From Hypanus sabinus (Eukaryota): a stretch of DNA of 64,000 bases. Below are positions 15,001 to 30,000 of this stretch, piece after piece (position 1 is the stretch's first letter; each line of letters starts with the position of its first letter). The stretch spans positions 14,136,001 to 14,200,000 of the forward strand of contig NC_082730.1 of the NCBI RefSeq assembly GCF_030144855.1. Reading direction: 5' to 3'. The translations under genes and the position numbers were made by a program. The notes beneath the pieces were generated by a model. The model did not search any database. It saw only the letters and a list, made by a program, of their open reading frames with translations, and was not told the DNA's origin.

Positions 15001-18000
15001 CTTGGACTCGAGTGGAACACCGAGCCTGGACTTGGACTCGAGCAGAACACCAAGCCTGGACTTGGAACTGAGTGGAACACCGAGCCTGGACTTGGACTCG
15101 AGTGGAACACCGAGCCTGGATTTGGACTCGAGTGGAACACCGAGTCTGGACATGGAACCAAGTGGAACACCGAGCCTGGACTTGGACTCGAGTGGAACAC
15201 CGAGCCTGGACTTGGACTCGAGTGGAACACCGAGCCTGGACTTGGACTCGAGTGGAACACCGAGCCTGGACTTGGACTCGAGCAGAACACCAAGCCTGGA
15301 CTTGGAACTGAGTGGAACAGCGAGCCTGGACTGGACTCGAGTGGAACACCGAGCCTGGACTTGGACTCGAGTGGAACACCGAGCCTGGATTTGGACTCGA
15401 GTGGAACACCGAGCCTGGACTTGGACTCGAGCGGAACACCAAGCCTGGACTTGGAACTGAGTGGAACACCGAGCCTGGACTTGGACTCGAGTGGAACACC
15501 GAGCCTGGACTTGGACTCGAGTGGAACACCGAGCCTGGATTTGGACTCGAGTGGAACACCGAGCCTGGACTTGGACTCGAGCGGAACACCAAGACTGGAC
15601 TTGGACTCGCGTGGAACACCGAACCTGGACATGGACTCGAGTGGAACACCGAGCCTGGACTTGGACTCGAGTGGAACACCGAGCCTGGACTTGGACTCGA
15701 GTGGAACACCAAGCCTGGACTTGGACTCGAGTGGAACACCGAGCCTGGATTTGGACTCGAGTGGAACACCGAGCCTGGACCTGGACTCGAGCGGAACACC
15801 GAGCCTGGACTTGGAACTGAGTGGAACACCGAGCCTGGACTGGACTCGAGTGGAACACCGAACCTGGACTTGGACTCGAGTGGAACACCGAACCTGGACT
15901 TGGATTCGAGTGGAACACCGAGCCTGGACTTGAACTCGAGTGGAACACCGAGCCTGGACTTGAACTCAAGTCGAACACCGAGCCAGGACTTGGACTCAAG
16001 TGGAATACCGAACCTGGACATGGACTCGAATGGAACACCGAACCTGGACTTGGAACTGAGTGGAACACCGAGCCTGGACTGGACTCGAGTGGAACACCGA
16101 GCCTGGACTTGAACTCGAGTGGAACACCGAGCCTGGACTTGGACTCGAGTGGAATACCGAACCTGGACATGGACTCGAGTGGAACACCGAACCTGGACTT
16201 GGAACTGAGTGGAACACCGAGCCTGGACTGGACTCGAGTGGAACACCGAGCCTGGACTGGACTCGAGTGGAACACCGAGCCTGGACTTGAACTCGAGTGG
16301 AACCGAGCCTGGACTTGGACTCGAGTGGAACACCGAGCCTGGACTTGGACTCGAGTGGAACACCGAGCCTGGACTTGGACTCGAGTGGAACACCGAGCCT
16401 GGACTTGGACTCGAGTGGAACACCGAGCCTGGACTTGGACACGAGTGGAACACCGAGCCTGGACTTGGACTCGAGTGGAACACCGAGCCTGGACTTGGAC
16501 TCGAGTGGAACACCGAGTCTGGACATGGAACCTGGTGGAACACCGAGCCTGAACTTGGACTCGAGTGGAACACCGAGTCTGGACATGGAACCAAGTGGAA
16601 CACCGAGCCTGGACTTGGACTCGAGTGGAACACCGAGCCTGGACTTGGACTCGAGTGGAACACCGAGCCTGGACTTGGACTCGAGTGGAACACCGAGCCT
16701 GGACTTGGACTCGAGCAGAACACCAAGCCTGGACTTGGAACTGAGTGGAACACCGAGCCTGGACTGGACTCGAGTGGAACACCGAGCCTGGACTTGGACT
16801 CGAGTGGAACACCGAGCCTGGATTTGGACTCGAGTGGAACACCGAGCCTGGACTTGGACTCGAGCGGAACACCAAGCCTGGACTGAACTGAGTGGAACAC
16901 CGAGCCTGGACTTGGACTCGAGTGGAACACCGAGCCTGGACTTGGACTCGAGTGGAACACCGAGCCTGGATTTGGACTCGAGTGGAACACCGAGCCTGGA
17001 CTTGGACTCGAGCGGAACACCGAGACTGGACTTGGACTCGCGTGGAACACCGAACCTGGACATGGACTCGAGTGGAACACCGAGCCTGGACTTGGACTCG
17101 AGTGGAACACCGAGCCTGGACTTGGACTCGAGTGGAACACCAAGCCTGGACTTGGACTCGAGTGGAACACCGAGCCTGGATTTGGACTCGAGTGGAACAC
17201 CGAGCCTGGACTTGGACTCGAGTGGAACACCGAGCCTGGACTTGGACTCGAGTGGAACACCGAGCCTGGACTTGGACTCGAGTGGAACACCGAGCCTGGA
17301 CTTGGACTCGAGTGGAACACCGAGCCTGGATTTGGACTCGAGTGGAACACCGAGCCTGGACTTGGACTCGAGCGGAACACCGAGACTGGACTTGGACTCG
17401 CGTGGAACACCGAACCTGGACATGGACTCGAGTGGAACACCGAGCCTGGACTTGGACTCGAGTGGAACACCGAGCCTGGACTTGGACTCGAGTGGAACAC
17501 CAAGCCTGGACTTGGACTCGAGTGGAACACCGAGCCTGGATTTGGACTCGAGTGGAACACCGAGCCTGGACCTGGACTCGAGCGGAACACCGAGCCTGGA
17601 CTTGGAACTGAGTGGAACACCGAGCCTGGACTGGACTCGAGTGGAACACCGAACCTGGACTTGGACTCGAGTGGAACACCGAACCTGGACTTGGACTCGA
17701 GTGGAACACCGAGCCTGGACTTGAACTCGAGTGGAACACCGAGCCTGGACTTGGACTCAAGTCGAACACCGAGCCAGGACTTGGACTCAAGTGGAATACC
17801 GAACCTGGACATGGACTCGAATGGAACACCGAACCTGGACTTGGAACTGAGTGGAACACCGAGCCTGGACTGGACTCGAGTGGAACACCGAGCCTGGACT
17901 TGAACTCGAGTGGAACACCGAGCCTGGACTTGGACTCGAGTGGAATACCGAACCTGGACATGGACTCGAGTGGAACACCGAACCTGGACTTGGAACTGAG

Positions 18001-21000
18001 TGGAACACCGAGCCTGGACTGGACTCGAGTGGAACACCGAGCCTGGACTGGACTCGAGTGGAACACCGAGCCTGGACTTGAACTCGAGTGGAACCGAGCC
18101 TGGACTTGGACTCGAGTGGAACACCGAGCCTGGACTTGGACTCGAGTGGAACACCGAGCCTGGACTTGGACTCGAGTGGAACACCGAGCCTGGACTTGGA
18201 CTCGAGTGGAACACCGAGCCTGGACTTGGACACGAGTGGAACACCGAGCCTGGACTTGGACTCGAGTGGAACACCGAGCCTGGACTTGGACTCGAGTGGA
18301 ACACCGAGTCTGGACATGGAACCTGGTGGAACACCGAGCCTGAACTTGGACTCGAGTGGAACACCGAGTCTGGACATGGAACCAAGTGGAACACCATGCC
18401 TGGACTTGGACTCGAGTGGAACACCGAGCCTGGACTTGGACTCGAGTGGAACACCGAGTCTGGACATGGAACCTGGTGGAACACCGAGCCTGAACTTGGA
18501 CTCGAGTGGAACACCGAGTCTGGACATGGAACCAAGTGGAACACCGAGCCTGGACTTGGACTCGAGTGGAACACCGAGCCTGGACTTGGACTCGAGTGGA
18601 ACACCGAGCCTGGACTTGGACTCGAGTGGAACACCGAGCCTGGACTTGGACTCGAGCAGAACACCAAGCCTGGACTTGGAACTGAGTGGAACACCGAGCC
18701 TGGACTTGGACTCGAGTGGAACACCGAGCCTGGATTTGGACTCGAGTGGAACACCGAGTCTGGACATGGAACCAAGTGGAACACCGAGCCTGGACTTGGA
18801 CTCGAGTGGAACACCGAGCCTGGACTTGGACTCGAGTGGAACACCGAGCCTGGACTTGGACTCGAGTGGAACACCGAGCCTGGACTTGGACTCGAGCAGA
18901 ACACCAAGCCTGGACTTGGAACTGAGTGGAACACCGAGCCTGGACTGGACTCGAGTGGAACACCGAGCCTGGACTTGGACTCGAGTGGAACACCGAGCCT
19001 GGATTTGGACTCGAGTGGAACACCGAGCCTGGACTTGGACTCGAGCGGAACACCAAGCCTGGACTTGGAACTGAGTGGAACACCGAGCCTGGACTTGGAC
19101 TCGAGTGGAACACCGAGCCTGGACTTGGACTCGAGTGGAACACCGAGCCTGGATTTGGACTCGAGTGGAACACCGAGCCTGGACTTGGACTCGAGCGGAA
19201 CACCAAGACTGGACTTGGACTCGCGTGGAACACCGAACCTGGACATGGACTCGAGTGGAACACCGAGCCTGGACTTGGACTCGAGTGGAACACCGAGCCT
19301 GGACTTGGACTCGAGTGGAACACCAAGCCTGGACTTGGACTCGAGTGGAACACCGAGCCTGGATTTGGACTCGAGTGGAACACCGAGCCTGGACCTGGAC
19401 TCGAGCGGAACACCGAGCCTGGACTTGGAACTGAGTGGAACACCGAACCTGGACTGGACTCGAGTGGAACACCGAACCTGGACTTGGACTCGAGTGGAAC
19501 ACCGAACCTGGACTTGGACTCGAGTGGAACACCGAGCCTGGACTTGAACTCGAGTGGAACACCGAGCCTGGACTTGAACTCAAGTCGAACACCGAGCCAG
19601 GACTTGGACTCAAGTGGAATACCGAACCTGGACATGGACTCGAATGGAACACCGAACCTGGACTTGGAACTGAGTGGAACACCGAGCCTGGACTGGACTC
19701 GAGTGGAACACCGAGCCTGGACTTGAACTCGAGTGGAACACCGAGCCTGGACTTGGACTCGAGTGGAATACCGAACCTGGACATGGACTCGAGTGGAACA
19801 CCGAACCTGGACTTGGAACTGAGTGGAACACCGAGCCTGGACTGGACTCGAGTGGAACACCGAGCCTGGACTGGACTCGAGTGGAACACCGAGCCTGGAC
19901 TTGAACTCGAGTGGAACCGAGCCTGGACTTGGACTCGAGTGGAACACCGAGCCTGGACTTGGACTCGAGTGGAACACCGAGCCTGGACTTGGACTCGAGT
20001 GGAACACCGAGCCTGGACTTGGACTCGAGTGGAACACCGAGCCTGGACTTGGACACGAGTGGAACACCGAGCCTGGACTTGGACTCGAGTGGAACACCGA
20101 GCCTGGACTTGGACTCGAGTGGAACACCGAGTCTGGACATGGAACCTGGTGGAACACCGAGCCTGAACTTGGACTCGAGTGGAACACCGAGTCTGGACAT
20201 GGAACCAAGTGGAACACCGAGCCTGGACTTGGACTCGAGTGGAACACCGAGCCTGGACTTGGACTCGAGTGGAACACCGAGCCTGGACTTGGACTCGAGT
20301 GGAACACCGAGCCTGGACTTGGACTCGAGCAGAACACCAAGCCTGGACTTGGAACTGAGTGGAACACCGAGCCTGGACTGGACTCGAGTGGAACACCGAG
20401 CCTGGACTTGGACTCGAGTGGAACACCGAGCCTGGATTTGGACTCGAGTGGAACACCGAGCCTGGACTTGGACTCGAGCGGAACACCAAGCCTGGACTGA
20501 ACTGAGTGGAACACCGAGCCTGGACTTGGACTCGAGTGGAACACCGAGCCTGGACTTGGACTCGAGTGGAACACCGAGCCTGGATTTGGACTCGAGTGGA
20601 ACACCGAGCCTGGACTTGGACTCGAGCGGAACACCGAGACTGGACTTGGACTCGCGTGGAACACCGAACCTGGACATGGACTCGAGTGGAACACCGAGCC
20701 TGGACTTGGACTCGAGTGGAACACCGAGCCTGGACTTGGACTCGAGTGGAACACCAAGCCTGGACTTGGACTCGAGTGGAACACCGAGCCTGGATTTGGA
20801 CTCGAGTGGAACACCGAGCCTGGACTTGGACTCGAGTGGAACACCGAGCCTGGACTTGGACTCGAGTGGAACACCGAGCCGGGACTTGAACTCGAGTGGA
20901 ACACCGAGCCTGGACTTGGACTCAAGTCGAACACCGAGCCAGGACTTGGACTAAAGTGGAATACCGAACCTGGACATGGACTCGAATGGAACACCGAACC

Positions 21001-24000
21001 TGGACTTGGAACTGAGTGGAACACCGAGCCTGGACTTGGACTCGAGTGGAACACCGAGCCTGGACTTGAACTCGAGTGGAACACCGAGCCTGGACTTGGA
21101 CTCAAGTCGAACACCGAGCCAGGACTTGGACTCAAGTGGAATACCGAACCTGGACATGGACACGAATGGAACACCGAACCTGGACTTGGAACTGAGTGGA
21201 ACACCGAGCCTGGACTGGACTCGAGTGGAACACCGAGCCTGGACTTGAACTCGAGTGGAAAACCGAGCCTGGACTTGGACTCGAGTGGAATACCGAACCT
21301 GGACATGGACTCGAGTGGAACACCGAACCTGGACTTGGAACTGAGTGGAACACCGAGCCTGGACTGGACTCGAGTGGAACACCGAGCCTGGACTGGACTC
21401 GAGTGGAACACCGAGCCTGGACTTGAACTCGAGTGGAACCGAGCCTGGACTTGGACTCGAGTGGAACACCGAGCCTGGACTAGGACTCGAGTGGAACACC
21501 GAGCCTGGACTTGGACTCGTGTGGAACACCGAGCCTGGACTTAGACTCGAGTGGAACACCGAGCCTGGACTTGGACACGAGTGGAACACCGAGCCTGGAC
21601 TTGGACTCGAGTGGAACACCGAGCCTGGACTTGGACTCGAGTGGAACACCGAGTCTGGACATGGAACCTGGTGGAACACCGAGCCTGAACTTGGACTCGA
21701 GTGGAACACCGAGTCTGGACATGGAACCAAGTGGAACACCGAGCCTGGACTTGGACTCGAGTGGAACACCGAGCCTGGACTTGGACTCGAGTGGAACACC
21801 GAGCCTGGACTTGGACTCGAGTGGAACACCGAGCCTGGACTTGGACTCGAGCAGAACACCAAGCCTGGACTTGGAACTGAGTGGAACACCGAGCCTGGAC
21901 TGGACTCGAGTGGAACACCGAGCCTGGACTTGGACTCGAGTGGAACACCGAGCCTGGATTTGGACTCGAGTGGAACACCGAGCCTGGACTTGGACTCGAG
22001 CGGAACACCAAGCCTGGACTTTGAACTGAGTGGAACACCGAGCCTGGACTTGGACTCGAGTGGAACACCGAGCCTGGACTTGGACTCGAGTGGAACACCG
22101 AGCCTGGACTTGGACTCGAGCGGAACACCAAGACTGGACTTGGACTCGCGTGGAACACCGAACCTGGACATGGACTCGAGTGGAACACCGAGCCTGGACT
22201 TGGACTCGAGTGGAACACCGAGCCTGGACTTGGACTCGAGTGGAACACCAAGCCTGGACTTGGACTCGAGTGGAACACCGAGCCTGGATTTGGACTCGAG
22301 TGGAACACCGAGCCTGGACCTGGACTCGAGCGGAACACCGAGCCTGGACTTGGAACTGAGTGGAACACCGAGCCTGGACTGGACTCGAGTGGAACACCGA
22401 ACCTGGACTTGGACTCGAGTGGAACACCGAACCTGGACTTGGACTCGAGTGGAACACCGAGCCTGGACTTGAACTCGAGTGGAACACCGAGCCTGGACTT
22501 GGACTCGAGTGGAACACCGAGCCTGGACTTGGACTCAAGTGGAACACCGAACCTGGACATGGAACCAAGTGGAACACCGAGCCTGGACTTGAACTCCAGT
22601 GGAACACCGAGACTGGACTTGGACTCGAGTGGAACACCAAGACTGGACTTGGACTCGAGTGGAACACCGAGCCTGGACTGGACTCGAGTGGAACACCGAG
22701 CCTGGACTTGGACTCGAGTGGAACACCGAACCTGGACATGGCCTCGAGTGGAACACAGAGCCTGGACTTGGACTCGAGCGGAACACCGAGTCTGGACATG
22801 GAACCAAGTGGAACACCGAGCCTGGACATGGACTCGAGTGGAACACCGAGCCTGGACTTGGACTCGAGTGGAACACCGAGCCTGGACTGGACTCGAGTGG
22901 AACACTGAGCCTGGACTTGGACTCGAGTGGAACACCGAGCCTGGACATGGACTCGAGTGGAACACCGAGCCTGGACTTGGACTCAAGTGGAACACCGAAC
23001 CTGGACATGGAACCAAGTGGAACACCGAGCCTGGACTTGAACTCCAGTGGAACACCGAGACTGGACTTGGACTCGAGTGGAACACCAAGACTGGACTTGG
23101 ACTCGAGTGGAACACCGAGCCTGGACTTGGACTCGAGTGGAACACCGAGCCTGGACTGGACTCGAGTGGAACACTGAGCCTGGACTTGGACTCGAGTGGA
23201 ACACCGAGCCTGGACTTGGACAAGAGTGGAACACCTAGCCTGGACTTGGACTCGAGTGGAACACCGAGCCTGGACTTGGACTCGAGTGGAACACCGAGCC
23301 TGGACTTGGACTCGAGTGGAACACTGAGCCTGGACTTGGACTCGAGTGGAACACCGAGCCTGGACTTGGACTCGAGCGGAACACCGAGCCTGGACTTGGA
23401 ACTGAGTGGAACACCGAGCCTGGACTTGGACTCGAGTGGAACACCGAGCCTGGACTTGGACTCGAGTGGAACACTGAGCCTGGACTTGGACTCGAGTGGA
23501 ACACCGAGCCTGGACCTGGACTCGAGCGGAACACCGAGCCTGGACTTGGAACTGAGTGGAACACCGAGCCTGGACTGGACTCGAGTGGAACACCGAACCT
23601 GGACTTGGACTCGAGTGGAACACCGAACCTGGACTTGGACTCGAGTGGAACACCGAGCCTGGACTTGAACTCGAGTGGAACACCGAGCCTGGACTTGGAC
23701 TCGAGTGGAACACCGAGCCTGGACTTGGACTCAAGTGGAACACCGAACCTGGACTGGACTCGAGTGGAACACCGAGCCTGGACTTGGACTCGAGTGGAAC
23801 ACCGAACCTGGACATGGCCTCGAGTGGAACACAGAGCCTGGACTTGGACTCGAGCGGAACACCGAGTCTGGACATGGAACCAAGTGGAACACCGAGCCTG
23901 GACATGGACTCGAGTGGAACACCGAGCCTGGACTTGGACTCGAGTGGAACACCGAGCCTGGACTGGACTCGAGTGGAACACTGAGCCTGGACTTGGACTC

Positions 24001-27000
24001 GAGTGGAACACCGAGCCTGGACATGGACTCGAGTGGAACACCGAGCCTGGACTTGGACTCAAGTGGAACACCGAACCTGGACATGGAACCAAGTGGAACA
24101 CCGAGCCTGGACTTGAACTCCAGTGGAACACCGAGACTGGACTTGGACTCGAGTGGAACACCAAGACTGGACTTGGACTCGAGTGGAACACCGAGCCTGG
24201 ACTTGGACTCGAGTGGAACACCGAGCCTGGACTGGACTCGAGTGGAACACTGAGCCTGGACTTGGACTCGAGTGGAACACCGAGCCTGGACTTGGACAAG
24301 AGTGGAACACCTAGCCTGGACTTGGACTCGAGTGGAACACCGAGCCTGGACTTGGACTCGAGTGGAACACCGAGCCTGGACTTGGACTCGAGTGGAACAC
24401 TGAGCCTGGACTTGGACTCGAGTGGAACACCGAGCCTGGACTTGGACTCGAGCGGAACACCGAGCCTGGACTTGGAACTGAGTGGAACACCGAGCCTGGA
24501 CTTGGACTCGAGTGGAACACCGAGCCTGGACTTGGACTCGAGTGGAACACTGAGCCTGGACTTGGACTCGAGTGGAACACCGAGCCTGGACTTGGACTCG
24601 AGCGGAACACCGAGCCTGGACTTGGAACTGAGTGGAACACCGAGCCTGGACTTGGACTCGAGTGGTACACCGAGCCTGGACTTGAACTCGAGTGGAACAC
24701 CGAGCCTGGACTTGGACTCAAGTCGAACACCGAGCCTGGACTTGGACTCAAGTGGAACACCGAGCCTGGACTTGGACTCGAGTGGAACACCGAACCTGGA
24801 CATGGACTCGAGTGGAACACCGAACCTGGACTTGGAACTGAGTGGAACACCGAGCCTGGACTGGACTCGAGTGGAACACCGAGCCTGGACTGGACTCGAG
24901 TGGAACACCGAGCCTGGACTTGAACTCGAGTGGAACCGAGCCTGGACTTGGACTCGAGTGGAACACCGAGCCTGGACTTGGACTCGAGTGGAACACCGAG
25001 CCTGGACTTGGACTCGAGCGGAACACCGAGTCTGGACATGGAACCAAGTGGAACACTGAGCCTGGACATGGACTCGAGTGGAACACCGAGCCTGGACTTG
25101 GACTCGAGTGGAACACCGAGCCTGGACTGGACTCGAGTGGAACACTGAGCCTGGACTTGGACTCGAGTGGAACACCGAGCCTGGACATGGACTCGAGTGG
25201 AACACCGAGCCTGGACTTGGACTCGAGTGGAACACCGAGCCTGGACTGGACTCGAGTGGAACACTGAGCCTGGACTTGGACTCGAGTGGAACACCAAGCC
25301 TGGACTTGGACTCGAGTGGAACACCGAACCTGGACATGGACTCGAGTGGAACACCGAGCATGGACTTGGACTCGAGTGGAACACCGAACCGGGACTTGGA
25401 ACTGAGTGGAACACCGAGCCTGGACTGGACTCGAGTGGAACACCGAGCCTGGACTGGACTCGAGTGGAACACCGAGCCTGGACTTGAACTCGAGTGGAAC
25501 CGAGCCTGGACTTGGACTCGAGTGGAACACCGAGCCTGGACTTGGACTCGAGTGGAACACCGAGCCTGGACTTGGACTCGAGTGGAACACCGAGCCTGGA
25601 CTTGGACTCGAGTGGAACACCGAGCCTGGACTTGGACACGAGTGGAACACCGAGCCTGGACTTGGACTCGAGTGGAACACCGAGCCTGGACTTGGACTCG
25701 AGTGGAACACCGAGTCTGGACATGGAACCTGGTGGAACACCGAGCCTGAACTTGGACTCGAGTGGAACACCGAGTCTGGACATGGAACCAAGTGGAACAC
25801 CGAGCCTGGACTTGGACTCGAGTGGAACACCGAGCCTGGACTTGGACTCGAGTGGAACACCGAGCCTGGACTTGGACTGGAGTGGAACACCGAGCCTGGA
25901 CTTGGACTCGAGTGGAACACCGAGCCTGGACTTGGACTCGAGCAGAACACCAAGCCTGGACTTGGAACCGAGTGGAACACCGACCCTGGACTGGACTCGA
26001 GTGGAACACCGAGCCTGGACTTGGACTCGAGTGGAACACCGAGCCTGGATTTGGACTCGAGTGGAACATCGAGCCTGGACTTGGACTCGAGCGGAACGTC
26101 GAGCCTGGACTTGGAACTGAGTGGAACACCGAGCCTGGACTTGGACTCGAGTGGAACACCGAGCCTGGACTTGGACTCGAGTGGAACACCGAGCCTGGAT
26201 TTGGACTCGAGTGGAACACCGAGCCTGGACTTGGACTCGAGCGGAACACCAAGACTGGACTTGGACTCGCGTGGAACACCGAACCTGGACATGGACTCGA
26301 GTGGAACACCGAGCCTGGACTTGGACTCGAGTGGAACACCGAGCCTGGACATGGACTCGAGTGGAACACCGAGCCTGGACTTGGACTCGAGTGGAACACC
26401 GAGCCTGGATTTGGACTCGAGTGGAACACCGAGCCTGGACCTGGACTCGAGCGGAACACCGAGCCTGGACTTGGAACTGAGTGGAACACCGAGCCTGGAC
26501 TGGACTCGAGTGGAACACCGAACCTGGACTTGGACTCGAGTGGAACACCGAGCCTGGACCTGGACTCGAGCGGAACACCGAGCCTGGACTTGGAACTGAG
26601 TGGAACACCGAGCCTGGACTGGACTCGAGTGGAACACCGAACCTGGACTTGGACTCGAGTGGAACATCGAGCCTGGACTTGGACTCGAGCGGAACACCAA
26701 GCCTGGACTTGGAACTGAGTGGAACACCGAGCCTGGACTTGGACTCGAGTGGAACACCGAGCCTGGACTTGGACTCGAGTGGAACACCGAGCCTGGATTT
26801 GGACTCGAGTGGAACACCGAGCCTGGACTTGGACTCGAGCGGAACACCAAGACTGGACTTGGACTCGCGTGGAACACCGAACCTGGACATGGACTCGAGT
26901 GGAACACCGAGCCTGGACTTGGACTCGAGTGGAACACCGAGCCTGGACTTGGACTCGAGTGGAACACCAAGCCTGGACTTGGACTCGAGTGGAACACCGA

Positions 27001-30000
27001 GCCTGGATTTGGACTCGAGTGGAACACCGAGCCTGGACCTGGACTCGAGCGGAACACCGAGCCTGGACTTGGAACTGAGTGGAACACCGAGCCTGGACTG
27101 GACTCGAGTGGAACACCGAACCTGGACTTGGACTCGAGTGGAACACCGAGCCTGGACTTGGACTCGAGTGGAACACCGAGCCTGGACTTGAACTCGAGTG
27201 GAACACCGAGCCTGGACTTGGACTCGAGTGGAACACCGAGCCTGGACTTGGACTCAAGTGGAACACCGAACCTGGAGAAGGAACCAAGTGGAACACCGAG
27301 CCTGGACTTGAACTCCAGTGGAACACCGAGACTGGACTTGGACTCGAGTGGAACACCAAGACTGGACTTGGACTCGAGTGGAACACCGAGCCTGGACTGG
27401 ACTCGAGTGGAACACCGAGCCTGGACTTGGACTCGAGTGGAACACCGAACCTGGACATGGCCTCGAGTGGAACACAGAGCCTGGACTTGGACTCGAGCGG
27501 AACACCGAGTCTGGACATGGAACCAAGTGGAACACCGAGCCTGGACATGGACTCGAGTGGAACACCGAGCCTGGACTTGGACTCGAGTGGAACACCGAGC
27601 CTGGACTGGACTCGAGTGGAACACTGAGCCTGGACTTGGACTCGAGTGGAACACCGAGCCTGGACATGGACTCGAGTGGAACACCGAGCCTGGACTTGGA
27701 CTCGAGTGGAACACCGAGCCTGGACTGGACTCGAGTGGAACACCGAGCCTGGACTTGGACTCGAGTGGAACACCGAGCCTGGACTTGGACTCGAGTGGAA
27801 CACCGAGCCTGGACTTGGACTCGAGTGGAACACCGAGCCTGGACTTGGAATCGAGCAGAACACCAAGCCTGGACTTGGAACTGAGTGGAACACCGAGCCT
27901 GGACTGGACTCGAGTGGAACACCGAGCCTGGACTTTGACTCGAGTGGAACACCGAGCCTGGATTTGGACTCGAGTGGAACACCGAGCCTGGACTTGGACT
28001 CGAGCGGAACACCAAGCCTGGACTTGGAACTGAGTGGAACACCGAGCCTGGACTTGGACTCGAGTGGAACACCGAGCCTGGACTTGGACTCGAGTGGAAC
28101 AACGAGCCTGGATATGGACTCGAGTGGAACACCGAGCCTGGACTTGGACTCGAGCGGAACACCAAGACTGGACTTGGACTCGCGTGGAACACCGAACCTG
28201 GACATGGACTCGAGTGGAACACCGAGCCTGGACTTGGACTCGAGTGGAACACCGAGCCTGGACTTGGACTCGAGTGGAACACCAAGCTTGGACTTGGACT
28301 CGAGTGGAACACCGAGCCTGGATTTGGACTCGAGTGGAACACCGAGCCTGGACCTGGACTCGAGCGGAACACCGAGCCTGGACTTGGAACTGAGTGGAAC
28401 ACCGAGCCTGGACTGGACTCGAGTGGAACACCGAACCTGGACTTGGACTCGAGTGGAACACCGAGCCTGGACTGGACTCGAGTGGAACACCGAGCCTGGA
28501 CTGGACTCGAGTGGAACACCGAGCCTGGACTTGAACTCGAGTGGAACCGAGCCTGGACTTGGACTCGAGTGGAACACCGAGCCTGGACTTGGACTCGAGT
28601 GGAACACCGAGCCTGGACTTGGACTCGAGCGGAACACCGAGTCTGGACATGGAACCAAGTGGAACACCGAGCCTGGACATGGACTCGAGTGGAACACCGA
28701 GCCTGGACTTGGACTCGAGTGGAACACCGAGCCTGGACTGGACTCGAGTGGAACACTGAGCCTGGACTTGGACTCGAGTGGAACACCGAGCCTGGACATG
28801 GACTCGAGTGGAACACCGAGCCTGGACTTGGACTCGAGTGGAACACCGAGCCTGGACTGGACTCGAGTGGAACACTGAGCCTGGACGTGGACTCGAGTGG
28901 AACACCGAGCCTGGACTTGGACTCGAGTGGAACACCGAACCTGGACATGGACTCGAGTGGAACACCGAGCCTGGACTTGGACTCGAGTGGAACACCGAAC
29001 CGGGACTTGGAACTGAGTGGAACACCGAGCCTGGACTGGACTCGAGTGGAACACCGAGCCTGGACTGGACTCGAGTGGAACACCGAGCCTGGACTTGAAC
29101 TCGAGTGGAACCGAGCCTGGACTTGGACTCGAGTGGAACACCGAGCCTGGACTTGGACTCGAGTGGAACACCGAGCCTGGACTTGGACTCGAGTGGAACA
29201 CCGAGCCTGGACTTGGACACGAGTGGAACACCGAGCCTGGACTTGGACTCGAGTGGAACACCGAGCCTGGACTTGGACTCGAGTGGAACACCGAGCCTGG
29301 ACTTGGACTCGAGTGGAACACCGAGCCTGGACTTGGACTCGAGCAGAACACCAAGCCTGGACTTGGAACTGAGTGGAACACCGAGCCTGGACTGGACTCG
29401 AGTGGAACACCGAGCCTGGACTTGGACTCGAGTGGAACACCGAGCCTGGATTTGGACTCGAGTGGAACATCGAGCCCGGACTTGGACTCGAGCGGAACAC
29501 CAAGCCTGGACTTGGAACTGAGTGGAACACCGAGCCTGGACTTGGACTCGAGTGGAACACCGAGCCTGGACTTGGACTCGAGTGGAACACTGAGCCTGGA
29601 CTTGGACTCGAGTGGAACACCGAGCCTGGACTTGGACTCGAGTGGAACACCGAACCTGGACATGGACTCGAGTGGAACACCGAGCCTGGACTTGGACTCG
29701 AGTGGAACACCGAACCGGGACTTGGAACTGAGTGGAACACCGAGCCTGGACTGGACTCGAGTGGAACACCGAGCCTGGACTGGACTCGAGTGGAACACCG
29801 AGCCTGGACTTGAACTCGAGTGGAACCGAGCCTGGACTTGGACTCGAGTGGAACACCAAGCGTGGACTTGGACTCGAGTGGAACACCGAGCCTGGACTTG
29901 GACTCGAGTGGAACACCGAGCCTGGACTTGGACACGAGTGGAACACCGAGCCTGGACTTGGACTCGAGTGGAACACCGAGCCTGGACTTGGACTCGAGTG

